From the NCBI GenBank assembly GCA_028023455.1, contig JAQFVV010000003.1, forward strand, positions 20,088,001-20,152,000: 64,000 bases of DNA, given 5' to 3'. The notes below the pieces were generated by a model. It did not search any database. It saw only the letters and a list, made by a program, of their open reading frames with translations, and was not told the origin of the DNA. The position numbers were made by a program, and so were the translations under genes. This DNA is from Epiperipatus broadwayi. Taxonomy: Eukaryota > Animalia > Onychophora. This document shows, piece by piece, positions 13,400 to 27,192 of this stretch (position 1 is the stretch's first letter; every line of letters begins with the position of its first letter).

Positions 13400-16250
13400 T
13401 TATCTATTAAAATGTGTCTTATAAACCAGGTTATCGTTTCTGTTTCTTGCTCTATATTTTAAAATCATCTTTCATTATTCTCTTGCCTCAAATTACTTGT
13501 CTAATGCAATTCCTCTTTTTTTAATATATATATATAATTTTCTCAATAAAGAATTTTTCATTAATTGTTTAACACTTCTGCAACACTAATTCTATTTTAA
13601 TTTTCTTTTGATTCTCCAAAACTATATTTTTAAATACTTCAGTCTTTTTTCTCATTTTTTAATTTATGCTCATAAGCCTCATTATTCAATCTAATTTTAA
13701 TGCACCATAAAATAATTTCTATACTTAATATTATTGTTTCATCATTTCACTTCTCACTTTAAATTTTGGATCATTAGTTCCTTAAATTATTAGCTTGCTT
13801 TTTAACCATGTATCTAATGAGTGGCAAACTCAAATAAAAGATCGGGATCAGACAAAATATTAAAAAACACTGACTCAAATTAGTATATGTATTAAATGGA
13901 TTATGTCTTGTACATGAGGGGTCACATTGTCTTTAGATCAACATGGGTGTGATGAGAATCTCAGACCAGGGTGGCCTTTGATTGTTCCACCATCAGATTT
14001 TCAATTGGATGGAAGGTTGAAGAGTTGGAGTGTGGAGTGGATTGAATCCTATCCATTAAAGTATGAAGATTGGCTATCTTAATATATATCTGAGCACTTA
14101 TTGCATATATGTGTAGAGATGATAATCTGGCCAACTGATGATTGTTGATTTAGCATGAAATACGTTTATTGGTGATTATTTATCTTTTCAACATATATGT
14201 GTTCAAGTGTATCAGTGTTATGAGATAGAGTGGTGAGTGATGGGTCATGTGAAAGTCTGTGCTCATATACCCTATATATTAAATGAAATTGTTAAATGCT
14301 CAATTTCCCCCTAGGATATTCTGATATCCTATGACAAAGCAATTAACCATATAAATTATATATAATGATTTTATTAATTTAGTTTTTTTTTTTAAAAAAA
14401 AAGATTATTTCCCCCTATACTTATAATTATTTTTCTCCAAAATCTTTTCAAGTTCCATATAACATTTTATAATGCTTACGCTCTTTATCTACAAGAGCTG
14501 TCATATTAGTAAATCTAACACAATAAATCTTTCAGCTACCGTTGCTATTTCTTTTTTATTATTATTATTCAAAACAGTCATATAATTTGGTTTACAAGTG
14601 TCAAAATTTCTGCATCCATATCTTATATCATCTATTTCAGATAAATACATTAATGATTTTTATTAATCATTTATTAAGCTAGATATGATTCCTAGACCAG
14701 ATTTAAATTTTAAGGCTCAGTTAAAGATTAATTATTACTAAAACATAAGCACGTCTCTATAAGCATAAACCGTATGAATGTTTTCTGACATATAGTGTAA
14801 TAAATGTCTCTTCCATTATACTTTTTTTTCTTCAAATATCCAACAAAGCAACCTAATTTACTTTTTCAAATGCCTTTTCCAGAATGATGAAACAAATATT
14901 AATCTTCCTTATTGTTCTCTCTATACTCTCACCAATAGTTTTTATTATGTCTAATTGCTTCTCTGGGTTTTCTATCATTTTTAAATTCAAATTGCTCTTG
15001 AAATATAAACTCTTCAAATACAAATTTATTTGCTTTATTTAATATCCACTTATTCAATACCATTTTATCCACTTCAAGATTAATCTCATTCTAAAATCTC
15101 CATATTTAATTGCATTCAATTTTTTCTACCCTGAAATCATTAATGTTATGAGGAAAACTAATAGCCATTCTGTAGAGTCATAGATGACTTTACAAAATAT
15201 GCCCTGATTCTCTCAAAGACTTCCTTCAAAATGTTTAATAATCCCCTGGAATCTCATTAGGTGCCCATTTTTATCTCATTCATAAATTCTTACTGCATTA
15301 TTGTGAAACTTATTTCTTATTTATCTGATTTTGTTTTTCCAATTCACAGAGATTGAATCTTATTATTTCTATCATTAAATAATATGATTTTCCTCATTTT
15401 TTCAGTGTATCACTTTATTACAAATTCACCATTTATTCTTAATGCATTTATTGGTTCATTTCTGTCATTCTGTTTTTCTATCAAACTTTTATTTAGCATT
15501 AAAGCAAATGTATATTTTCTTTTATGATTTGTCAAACTTCTACATTTCATTTCTAATCACTATTTCTTAGCTTTATCTATTTCAAGTCTCAGTTCACTAT
15601 TAAGCTTTCTATATATATCTCCAGCTTGATTTTTTTTAAAACAAGACTGTTTTATTCTATTATATATTAATTCAAGCCTATATTTTCTTCAAAAATTTGT
15701 CTGACTTTTACATATTCTTTCTATTCACTCTTTCATGCATCATTTGTCATTTCTCAATTCATTAACTTTTCTATCCTACTTTTTCAATTAAGCTGTTTTA
15801 CCCTGTTGTATGTTAAAATAATTTTTTTAATAATTTATCTATCTTCTATTTTTTCCTTTCTAACTACTCTTTCTTAGTTTTATCTATTTCATTTGTCAAT
15901 TCACTATTAAGCTTTATACCCTGCTTTTTTCAGCCAAACTGTTTTGTTCAGTTCTATGTTAAAACTCATGAATTTTTTTTATAATTCTTTTATTTTCTAT
16001 ATTTATTTTCCAACCACCATTTTTAAGCTTTATTTCATGTCTCTATATGTTTCTCTACTCTGCTTTTCCATTAAACATTTTTATTCTACGATAATTGCAA
16101 AATGTTTTCTTTTATAATTTGCTTACTTTCTACATTTTATTTCTAATCACTTATTAAGTTTATCATTTCATGTCTCAATTGTTAAACTTTCTATACATAT
16201 CTCTGCTTTCTATACATAATGTATATCTTCCATCATCTTTGCCCTAAAAA
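13400..16250 (-). mobile_element. Scattered decayed LINE RT remnants (interrupted)
   Basis: Traces of RQG (~15205), EQFEF (~15000) and the ARNR..W terminal motif (~13430); extremely degenerate. Confidence 0.45.
13850..14265 (+). mobile_element. Family 2 single decayed unit
   Basis: Colinear with 25700-26085 and 51793-52058 (catcagattttcaat...ctgagcact...gaaagtctgtg). Confidence 0.8.
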
Positions 16251-18574
16251 ATTTTCTCACGTGAAATCAAATTTTTTGTGTGCATGTTTGTTATATTTCT
16301 GTCATAAACTACTTCTTACTGCTACATCACTTTAATTTAATTTTAATAATTCTTATCTTTTATCTAAATTTATTTTTATCAATCAGCCTATTAGCATTCA
16401 TTCTTATTTTCATATTTGAAAAATTTCTTTTTAATTTGTTTCATCTTTTTATTCTTTAGAAAAATAATTTTAATCCTACCATCATAAGTTACAATCTGAA
16501 TTTATATCAGCTGCAGGATGTGCTCATGTACCCTTGCTATTCCTATCAAAACATAATCTCAGATTATTATTACTCTTATTTTTTATAACAGCATTTGTTT
16601 TTGTTTGTTTTTTTATCACTAAAAACGTGATTACTTTTAATTTTTACATGTAAAATACTAGAATTATTGAGGAATAAAATAATTTTGATAAATAAAAATC
16701 TTTAATTAATAGACAAAATGTGAAAGTTAAAATTCATGAATCTTGGAATATCACATATTCTGTTAAATTTAAAAAGTTTCCAGTTGGAAATGGTTATGCA
16801 AATAATAAAGTTTCTGCATTTTATAATAATTAGTATCATTGTTAATACTTTATTGATTTATTATTATGCATTTGTACATATGCATGTACATGCTGAAAAT
16901 GTATACATAGTATAAACAAAAAATTAAAATGGTGAAAATTAATTATTTTTTAATTTAATTTTTTTGTATTTTCTTTAGACATTTTTTCATAGCAAATAAA
17001 TGAAACTGAAAATATGATATGAAAGGAATTATTGCATATCCTATGTTTTTATCATTTGATTATTTATCAAACTGAGTTTAGAACTCTTGCAATAAAGTTC
17101 TAAGCTATACTTATTTGTCCAGAGCAAGTTTTCTAAATCTTACATAATTATTCAATAAATATTTGGTGTAATCTAACAATTCTACTTATGATAAATTCAA
17201 TAATTCAAGCAAAGAACAGATTTAAAAGATATATATATGTTCCAATTTTTTGATTTTTATCAATCTCTCTCTAATCTCAATTACATTATATCATGACTAT
17301 CCACCGTGTTATGGATATGTTTCATAATAATCTTCATTCTTTATAATATATCACTCTTTATATGAATTAGAGATATTGAATATTTAATTTTCCATGCTCA
17401 TATAAGCAGCTTAATGCCTTTCACACAAGATTAAGAACTGACTTCTTACTATTTTCAATACCTTGTGAAACAGTGAATAATCATTTCCCTGCAGAAGATT
17501 TATATTTTCAATTTTTTTTTTTTTATAAAGAACAATTTATTAAAAATAAAATAACAAATAGTTAATTTAATAATAATGTATGCAATTATACAAAAAAAAA
17601 ATTGCAAGAGGTATCCTCAAAATAATTATATAAAAAATAACCAATTTGCAATTTATTTTTTATGTAACTTTATGCCTTTTTTAATTACATATTCAAAAAT
17701 ATATCATTAAGCATGTGTCAAAAGGATGCAAAGAAACTCATATGATGTTTGTTAGAAAAATAAATCCTATTAGATATATAAAATCTTATATAGTCAAACT
17801 CTATGGAAGAGTCTCTGACTTTCTGAACATTTGGACAGTCAGATTTAAATACAGAGATTTTTGCAAAAAGTGGAAATCTTTTGGAAAATAAACCAAAAAC
17901 ATAGCAATAAATTTTAGTGAGGTTCTTTACAGGATTAAAAAACCCCTGTTTTTAAGATAAACATCGAGTCAAATGGAAAGCAATTATCACATTTATGAAA
18001 AGTAATAACAATTGTGGGTGCTATGCTTCCTGCATTCAGTTATTATTCCTATGTATTCTAAGAGTTTTCATATTCTTATTTCTCTAGTATCATTCACAAT
18101 AACCCATCAACTTTAATAAAATATGGTAATGTAAAAGAAATTGGCAAAATAGGAATATAAGAAATGAAAAGTTTGATTTTATACATGTGACTTAACATGA
18201 GTTTAAAATGAAGTTCACAATCTAGATGAATTGAACAGTAGCCTTTAAAGATAAAACAATGTTTAAAACTTTATGATTTTATAGATCCAATATATTTTCA
18301 AGATTAAATTTTTCATTCAAATAAAACGATTTCTCCCCCTCAAATCAAAATATGTTATATTGGATCAATGTAGATTGTTACATTGACTTTGGAGGGAGGA
18401 GAGAAAAATCTATTTATACAGGGAAATAACAATTAGGATTTGGCAATTCCTTTTCTTTCAATTTTTTCTTAAAAAATTATTTTTATTTTTAAAAAAGTAG
18501 ATTCCCATGTTTCCCAAAAAAAGAGACCGGAGTTGAATGCTGATCAGTGAAACTAACTTAGCATTATTTTATAG

Positions 18575-18985
18575 TTCCTGATGGTACAACTGATTGTGGA
18601 TCAATATGAATATGTCTTAGCATCAACTTCAAATTTGTGATACAATTGACTGCTGGTCAGGAAGAACTTGACTGGGTATCACCCTTCGGCTCATTCTGCT
18701 ATAAGTGATTGCTTGCCATTGTGAATCTTAGTTTCATTCTCTGTCTCACTGACTAAATTAGCATCATCCAATGACTTATTTTGGCACAATTGATTGCAGG
18801 TCATTACTCTCTGATTTAATGTGGTCAGTGTAAGAACACCCTCTGGTTCATCATGATACGACTGCTAGTCAGTGAATTCGATTTAGTATCAACCTCTGGC
18901 CCATATGATACAATTGATTGTTAGTCAAAGTAAGTTTGACTGATCACTCTTTGGTTCATTGTGATACAACTAATTTCTGCTCATA
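18575..18985. repeat. Degenerate ~60-bp minisatellite
   Basis: gatacaattga(c/t)tg..gtca....cctctggttcat recurs about 6 times. Confidence 0.65.
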
Positions 18986-20514
18986 GTTAACTTTATTTGG
19001 CATTATTCTCTAGTTTATGACAATATGCTGATGAAACTTAAATTCCAAGTATATAAAATTAAAAATAGAACAGGTTGAAGTTGGATAATCAGGTATCCAG
19101 GTTAAATATATGAAATTTTTAAAAAAATCAAGGGAACTTAAAATATTTTTATCAAATAACAAAATAGTTTTAATTATATAAAGACTGGTATCCAAGAAAA
19201 CAAAAATATTAATTTTATATATTTCATCAATAGTGAAAGATTTCAAACAAAATAAAAATGGATATTTGAAGTCTAAAAATGTTGCATGTTCAGTATAAAA
19301 ACATATATCTATGCCATCCATTCATTCATTATGACTGTAATCTCTATCAAAGATAAAGCCATGATTTTATCCTCTAAAATGTGTAAAATTAAATGGGAAA
19401 AAGCCTTTGGTCTCATGGAGTAGATAATAAATAATAGAATGTTGGTTACTCAGGAGGTCATGTGACACTTGAGCATCAAAATATTAGATTAAGTTTTAAT
19501 CCAAGAACTTTTATCTCTAAATCCAATACTTTGCTAAACTGTATAAAGTGAGTAGATATTTATTTTACATTACAAATATCTCTGCATGTTTTTGGCAATA
19601 ATCATGGTTAACATGCACAATAATATAATTATCATTTGTACAAATGTATACATTCTAATACAAATTAAACTGCATGATATTTGTTCTTTGATTTAAAATG
19701 TCGTGTTTTTTTTACATGTAATAAACTATTTTATATTAGAATTATTGTACTCACATTTCTATTGTATATAACTTGTACTCTAGTGTTTTATTAGATAAGA
19801 CACAATTATGTGTTTATATACAAATACATACAAGCAATTAACAATATATTACTCAAAATAATAAAGAGATCTTCCAAGAAAAAGTATAATGCTCTAAAAT
19901 GATTTGATGATAATCATCAATAATATATACTCTTTTTAAAAATTTATTATGGCCTTTCTTGGTAAATGCTTTGTTTTCTCTATTTCTTTAATTTTAATAT
20001 ACATAATATTTTTGCAATCTATTAATTAAAGGCATGTTTTACCTTCATCTTTGTTTATTAGAATTTAAATGAAGCTAAATATGGCTTCAGCAATTTAAAT
20101 GCTGGGCCTATAGTCTTGTTAAGAATTTCTTATTATACTTGAAGACTCATAAAAATAATCTTTGATTTATATAGATAGATTATTTTGTAGAATGTTATGA
20201 AGGTCAAAACATAAGTGTCTTAAATCATAAATGTATATTTAAAAAACAACTTCAAATTCAGACATATATTCAAAAATAAATACTGCACATTTATATCATT
20301 ATTGTGTAAAATAATAAGATTTTGAAAATAATGTAAAATTCTTTTAAAATGTTTTATATTTAATTTTAAATACTGATTATAATTGCTGCTTATTAGTTTC
20401 ACCCCACCCCCCTTCAGAATATGTAATATTAAAACAGTAGCAACTTTTTCCATATAATAATGTTACCTAGTACAAGCTATAGTAATAAATGTTTGAAGGT
20501 TACCAATTTATTCT

Positions 20515-21200
20515 TATCTAGTGCATATTCATCCAATATCTCCCAGTTTCTAGTTTATGGCTTTCATCAATGAGGAACCTTGGAACTGCGAGCAATTTAT
20601 CTAGATCTTTGGATCTGATGTACCCCTTAGTACCTGCTTTTTATCTAACTATGAAGCTACGAGATCAAATTTAAAAAAAATGTTTTCAATCTTAATTTGC
20701 TTGTATTGATTATTATAATTTGCATTCGATGGTACTATTATGTGGAAAAAGTTCCTATTGTTTTAACAGTTTATGTGAGCATTAAAAAAAAAAGATCATA
20801 TGATGATTATTATAAATTCTAGACAAAGGATATTGGTGACTATGGTTATTAAAAAAACAGATTCCAAAATGTATAGATATTGAACTGGTTTCAAATATGC
20901 ATGATAAGAAAATTAGTTTGGTTTGAAAACGTTTTAGCTTTTAATTAACCAAAAAAGAGTGGGTGCTCAAGGGGTGCATTAGATACAAAGATCTACTGCT
21001 TTTAGATCCAAGGCTCCTCACTGATGAAAACCATAACCTAGAAATGAGTCTGGGGATATTGGACGAGTAGGCAATAGATAGGATTAAATGCACAGCCTTC
21101 TAGAAACTTTTGATTACTATAGCTTGCATTAGGTGACATTATTGTGTGGAAAAGTTGCAATTATTTTACATTATAAGAATAAGAAATAATGATCATGTAC
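20515..21200. mobile_element. Older retrozyme-family tandem/foldback
   Basis: Minus arm with HHR remnant at 20532-20584 (cleavage triplet deleted). Plus arm longer than one unit, with HHR at 21007-21063 (CUGAUGA intact, stem II decayed). Boundaries approximate; no TSD recognised. Confidence 0.8.
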
Positions 21201-22058
21201 TATTTTAATGGTTTAACATGCAATATTCTATAATATCTACCTCAATTGTATCATTTTATAAGATTGTTTTATTAGTCAGGGGTTTTATCATGTAAAGTGA
21301 ATATATGAATATAAGGGGTTACCTGTATTTCATATTCTATATATTTTGCTAAGTAAATCCCAAAATGTTGTGTCTTTATATTTTATGGATTTTGCCTCTG
21401 GGAATAAGCATATTAATAGATTGCTAGATGAAAAAATAGCGTCTTTACTATATATACAAAGAATTGCCAGGTTGCTTAAATAACTAGTAAAAATGAAAAC
21501 AAAAATTTTGTTCTTCACACACTTTGGAAACAAATATACAATACTTTCATTTCATTTTTATATTCACTATTTGATTCATTTCAAAACTTTACAACTCACC
21601 CCTCTTATGTGGACAATGTTTTGAAGATTTGATATAAATTTATTTCATAAATTTATAAGGACAATGTTGATTGATCATGCAAGATTATTTGGGAAAAAAT
21701 AGCAATTATATGTAACTTGCTTTGTGCATTAATGTCCTATGATGAATAAGCTTTATTAAATCAAAACCATTAGATTGAGTATTTAAACTTTAAAATCAAA
21801 TCTTATTGTATTACTATTATTTAAATAAGAATGAAATTGCAATATTGTTTGTGAAAATTGTCAGACTCCCAATGGTACTCCAAACTATATATTCTACAGA
21901 GACTGGTTTGGCTTTTTCATCATATAGTGACTGATAGGATAAAATAATATAGACAATGCTTTGAAGATTTGATATTGCTTCAGTTTATTTCAAATATATA
22001 TTTTGATTTACAAGTGTCAAAGTTTCTGCACTCACAATTTTAACATTAACACTTATTA

Positions 22059-22640
22059 AACCAATAAACATCAGATGATCACCATTTCTTATGCTTGCTC
22101 ATAACTGTTATTAAAACAGGTAAAACTCTCCATACAGTAGTACCACTTAATGCAAGCCATAATAATCAATGGATGCCAGAAAATCCCTATCTAGTGCCTA
22201 CTCATCGAATATCCCCAGACTAGTTTCTAGCTTGTGGCTTTTGTCAGTGAGGAGCCTTGTTTCTGAGAGCACTGCACCTAGATCTTAGCATCTAATGCAA
22301 CCCTCCAGCAGCCATCTTTTATCTCTATTTAACTACAAAACTATGAGAAAATTGAAAACACTATTTTCAATCTAAGCGTATTAGATTATGTAGTCATAGT
22401 TTTGTAGTTAAGTAGAGATATAATGTGGCTGCTGGAGGATTGCATTAGATCCTAAGATCTAGGTGCAGTGCTTTCAGATCCAAGGTTCCTTATTGACGAA
22501 AGCCACAAACTAGAAACTAGTCTGGGGTTATTGGATGAGTAAGCACTAGCTAGGGATTTCATGTTCAAGCCTTCTGGCATCCATTGATTACTCTGTCCTG
22601 CACTGAGTGGCACTACTGTATGGAGAGTTTTGTCTGTTTT
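22059..22640. mobile_element. Retrozyme-family foldback, 14-bp TSD
   Basis: TSD attaacacttatta at 22045-22058 and 22641-22654. Long inverted arms. HHR copies at 22205-22261 (-, core CUGACAA) and 22479-22535 (+, core UUGACGA). Confidence 0.92.
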
Positions 22641-24159
22641 ATTAACACTTATTACTAATCAATTACTAAACTAAAGATTATCCTTGCTAAGATATAAACT
22701 TTAAATCTTAATTAATGATTAATATATGTTTTTTTTTTATAATTTAACTTTATCTTTCTTTTTGCATGTTAATATATTTTTTAAAAGATATATGGAGCAA
22801 ATGATCAAGTCTTATATAAGAGATTGTAATTTGAGCCAACTGAAGGGACTGTTCACAATATTCATCCCGGGGATTTGTCTTTATTCATTATATTTTCAAG
22901 AATGTGTTGTGGAGTGTAAGTTTGAAATATGTATTATTTGTTAAATATATTGAATAATAAAATTTGAAAACAAAATAGTGAAAGAAGTGAGGGGTGATTT
23001 AAAAAAGGAAAAGAAATTCACTCATTTAGTGGAAATTTTTTAAATGTAATATAACTTAAATATCATTATTTCAAAACCCACAGATTTCAAATATTTTAAA
23101 ATTTTCAGGTTTAGTAAAAATATACACAAATATTACAATTTCTATAATGTATTTAATTACAAAAAAAAAATGAATTGTTGAAAAAAATATGTATTGATTC
23201 TCAATTATTTTTAAAATATTTTCAATTTTATTCTAATTATTTATTCTTAAAGAAACATCCACATAAAAGCAATGATGTGAATCATTTAGTATCTTTTTAG
23301 TTTTGCACCCATCACTATGATATAGCAGTATTTATGAATGGAATATAATTTACATAGAAAAATTCATTTGTAAAAAAAGTTGAAACTTTAAAAAATCATG
23401 CCAGTTTGTTCATTTTTGATTTTTAAGAGTGAATGAAATATAACAGCAAAAGATTTGCAATTCTATGCTAAACATTTATCCTCAAAATATTAATAGAAAA
23501 ACAATGATAGTGAATCATCTAATATCCAATTCCATTTATGATTGCATATATCCCAAAGATCATAATTAGTGAAAAGCACAAAAAAAATTTTTTAAATTTT
23601 CTGCAAGCAATTTTCATTATCATACTTTCTACTATAAATGCAATCTAAATTTTCTTCATAATGAAATAAATATAAGTAATTAAATTTCTTTAAATATTTT
23701 TTTAAATTCTTTTTAAGTAATATTTGCTAATAAATTATAATAACAAATTTAATTCTGTTCAACTTATTTTTCTTTAATGACAAGTATAGTAATGCTTTTT
23801 AAGAATTTTCTCTTTCTACGTGATAAGTGATATTCTTTAATTTCATTGAAAATTTTAATTTAAAAAAAAAAAAAACAACCTCAAAAACCAAGGTTTTGAA
23901 ATGATGGTATTTACATAACTTTTTATTTGTTATTGTTAGTACAGAATAAAGAAATCTAAAGAGTCTTATGATTTATTAATCTAATAAACTAATTATTTTA
24001 GTTAAGAAATTTGTCTCCAATTAAAATGCTTACTTAGAGTTTAAAAAACAAATTGTAAAAACATGGTTTACTTAAGTTATTAATCTTCATTAAAAAATTG
24101 ATTATCTTGAATACTTAAAAAAATAGAAGAAAACAGAACATCACTTGATTTAAATATTA

Positions 24160-24217
24160 AGCCAATAAACATCACATGACCACCTGTGTGTGGCAATATA
24201 TATAGTGAGTTTTTGCC
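24160..24217. mobile_element. Minimal 58-bp ends-only retrozyme-family insertion
   Basis: Only the two family termini are present. Flanking direct repeat tgatttaaatatta at 24146-24159 and 24218-24231. Confidence 0.75.
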
Positions 24218-25099
24218 TGATTTAAATATTATTGAGCTTTTGTGGATTATTGTATTCTTAAATAGTGAATAATTGATATTCTTAACTGATATTTCTCAGA
24301 GATCTTGAAAAATGTCTTATGATTATTTTATATACAATTATATAAATAAATAATCAATCAAACAAGATTGAAATACACAACTATTAATAACTATATTTAA
24401 ATATTTATCAAACCGGATTTCATCTCCATTGAGACCTTCTCAAGATATTATACTACACAATTCACATAACCAATTAACTATATCCACTCCATCTACAAAT
24501 AAATTATATTGGATATTTGACCATTATAGTGACAATTATATAATTATCTTATAAATAATAACAATTCTTGATGAAAACATGGTCACATACCACACTAACA
24601 TAACTATCACAGATATTTCTATTTGTCCAATTCAGTATGATATCATTCTTTCTTTTATTTAGTCAAATGCCTTATTTGAGTATATAAAGTGTATATGGAT
24701 TCAAAATTAGTGAAATAACAAGAAAAAAAAAATTCAATAAACTGATACCATAAATAAAATTGAAAAGGAAAATTTATAAAAGTGAAAAAATGACAAAATA
24801 ACTGTATATAAAACACATTATGAAAACAAAAAATCATTTTAAAATTGACAGCAAAGATTTATAAATAATTGATAGATTGCTCCTTACATCATTTATCAAT
24901 AGCAAAATGTCTAGCAGTCAAGAGATTTATTATCACTATGTCATGGGTTAAAGATGCAGTTATAAATTTTTAAATGAAGGAAAATCCATTAAAATTAAAA
25001 TCAGAATTATTGAACCTACTTTGACTCACTATATTGAAAAGCATGCTTAAATAAAAATATTTATATATAAGTATATTGTCTATATTGAACATAATGAAA

Positions 25100-26090
25100 T
25101 TAGAGGGGATTTGAACTCAGACTTTTCAAGGTCCCTTCAGCCATTCACTTCATCTTATACAATTGATATACATGACTACCTGTATTTGAAAAAGATAAAT
25201 GATCTCCAATATATGTATTTTTCTGAAGGTTTGTGATAATGGTGTTTTAGTTGTCTTTTTTATATTGGATTATTTCCATCATCTAATTTGAGTATTAAAT
25301 GTATTTAGAAAAAATTAACTTTATTTAAATATTCCAAATACATTCAACTGTTAGTAATAGGACATCAAACAGATTAGTATATACAATATATCTCCAATAT
25401 ATGTATTTTTTGCTAAACCAGCATTCATCAATCGGTCCAGATCATCATCTCCCACACACATATAAAATCAGTGCTCAGTTTAATGAGCAAGCTCCACCCT
25501 CCAACTCTTCAATCATTCATATTATTGAAAATCTGATGATGAATGATGTCATACCTATGTTGATTTTTAAATTATTCTGATTCCTCATATATGTTGAAAG
25601 ACTGGGTTCAAATCCCTCTAATGACATTAAATTCAGTATAGACTATATATTTGTATTTAAATATTATAGATTCATCATGTATTCTGCCCATCCCTCTTCT
25701 GTGTATTTAAATGGACATTTTGAAGCCCTATAAATGAGGTGTAGGAATGACTTAAAGTCAACATGATTATGACAATAATATTGGTATCATCAGGGGCTTT
25801 GAGCATTCCATGATCAGATTTTCAATAATATGGATGGATGATGAGTTGGAGGGTAGAGAAGATTGAAACATGCCCATTAAAGTTTGAAGATTTGCTAACT
25901 TAATATAAACTGAGCACTGATTATGTGTGTGAGAGATGATGATCTGGACCAACTGATGAGTGCTGGATCAGCGTGAAATACACATATTGGAGATCATTTT
26001 TCACGTGTATGTGGTCATATATTTCCGTTGTATAAGATGAAGTGGATGGCTGCAGGGAACTTGAAAGTCTGTGTTCAAATCCTCTCTAAT
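25100..26090. mobile_element. Second non-coding foldback family (family 2), tandem + inverted
   Basis: Inverted ends ggatttgaactcagactttc / gaaagtctgtgttcaaatcc. The end motif recurs at ~25597 and ~26062 (period ~465). Homologous to 13850-14265 and 51472-52058. Confidence 0.85.
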
Positions 26091-27192
26091 TATATAAAAA
26101 TATTAATGTTTTTGAAGTTTGCAATAACTTCAAAAATTACTCCTAATGGCAAGAAAGAGAAATAAGTGAATTTGGCCAAATTAAATTTAAAATTATTTTA
26201 CTAAGGGCATACTATACGTGATTGCTTAGAATGGTTTGGCATAATGATACAGGGATGAATTTAAAATCTGAAGGCTTCTAGATCAAAAGCTTAATAAGTC
26301 ACTTGTGATGTCTGAATTTTAACATGATCTCGTGAGCAACTAACCTTTTATTATTTTATTTTACGACTGACTTTATTAATAAAATACACAAAAGTGGAAG
26401 ATAAAAGAGGAGAGAATGATAACTGCATTCAAATATTTATATATGATAATTAGATACTATCAAGTTGGCATTCATTTCTAATGCTCATATGAATAGCATT
26501 TGTCCAAAAATGACCTATCACTTGTTTAATTTTCAGGCTGTCCAAAGACATATTCATTATTGTGATAAAAGTATCAATCCATCTCACTTGGTCTTTTCTT
26601 TTTATCATCATAAACCCCTCTAAACATTATACACTTTTTTCATTAATTATATTATCTCATGATATGATCAAAAAGCAGTCAAATTTGTTTCCACAGAATT
26701 CTTAAAACTCTTCACCAGCACCAGAATTCAAATTAATCATTTTTCCATTGTTCAACTCTCACATAACTTAAACATAAGCACACACACAGAAATATTACAT
26801 TAACTGGAGAAAATATACAAAAAACTATCCAGCCCCTATGTACATAAAACAATCAAGTTCAACTGCAACACTATCTTCCTCTGGTTACTGCTAAGCAAAT
26901 TATAAATAACATTATAGTTGAAATTTATTGTTTAATTAATATTTGAATGGAATAGTTCTTTATAAATACATATATACACATATAGGAAAATACTAAAAAG
27001 ATTTATAAAAGCTCACTGCAGAGAAAAAGCTACATTAGCCCTTCTCCACAGATCACTAAAAGAAAAGCTACTACTCACCTGATTAGTCAATTCAACATTT
27101 AGTTGGAAAGGATTTTTTATACTTTTCTTTGTTTTACTTTCTATCTAAGGTTGTAATTATAAATTTTATTAAATGCACATTATTATATTAAG

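Noticed and set aside
22790-22915. Plus-strand exon ending in gtaagt
   Set aside because: No recognisable protein similarity and no convincing acceptor in an open frame.
25597-25621. tRNA gene from the GGTTCAAATCC motif
   Set aside because: Only a T-loop-like motif inside a repeat; no cloverleaf.
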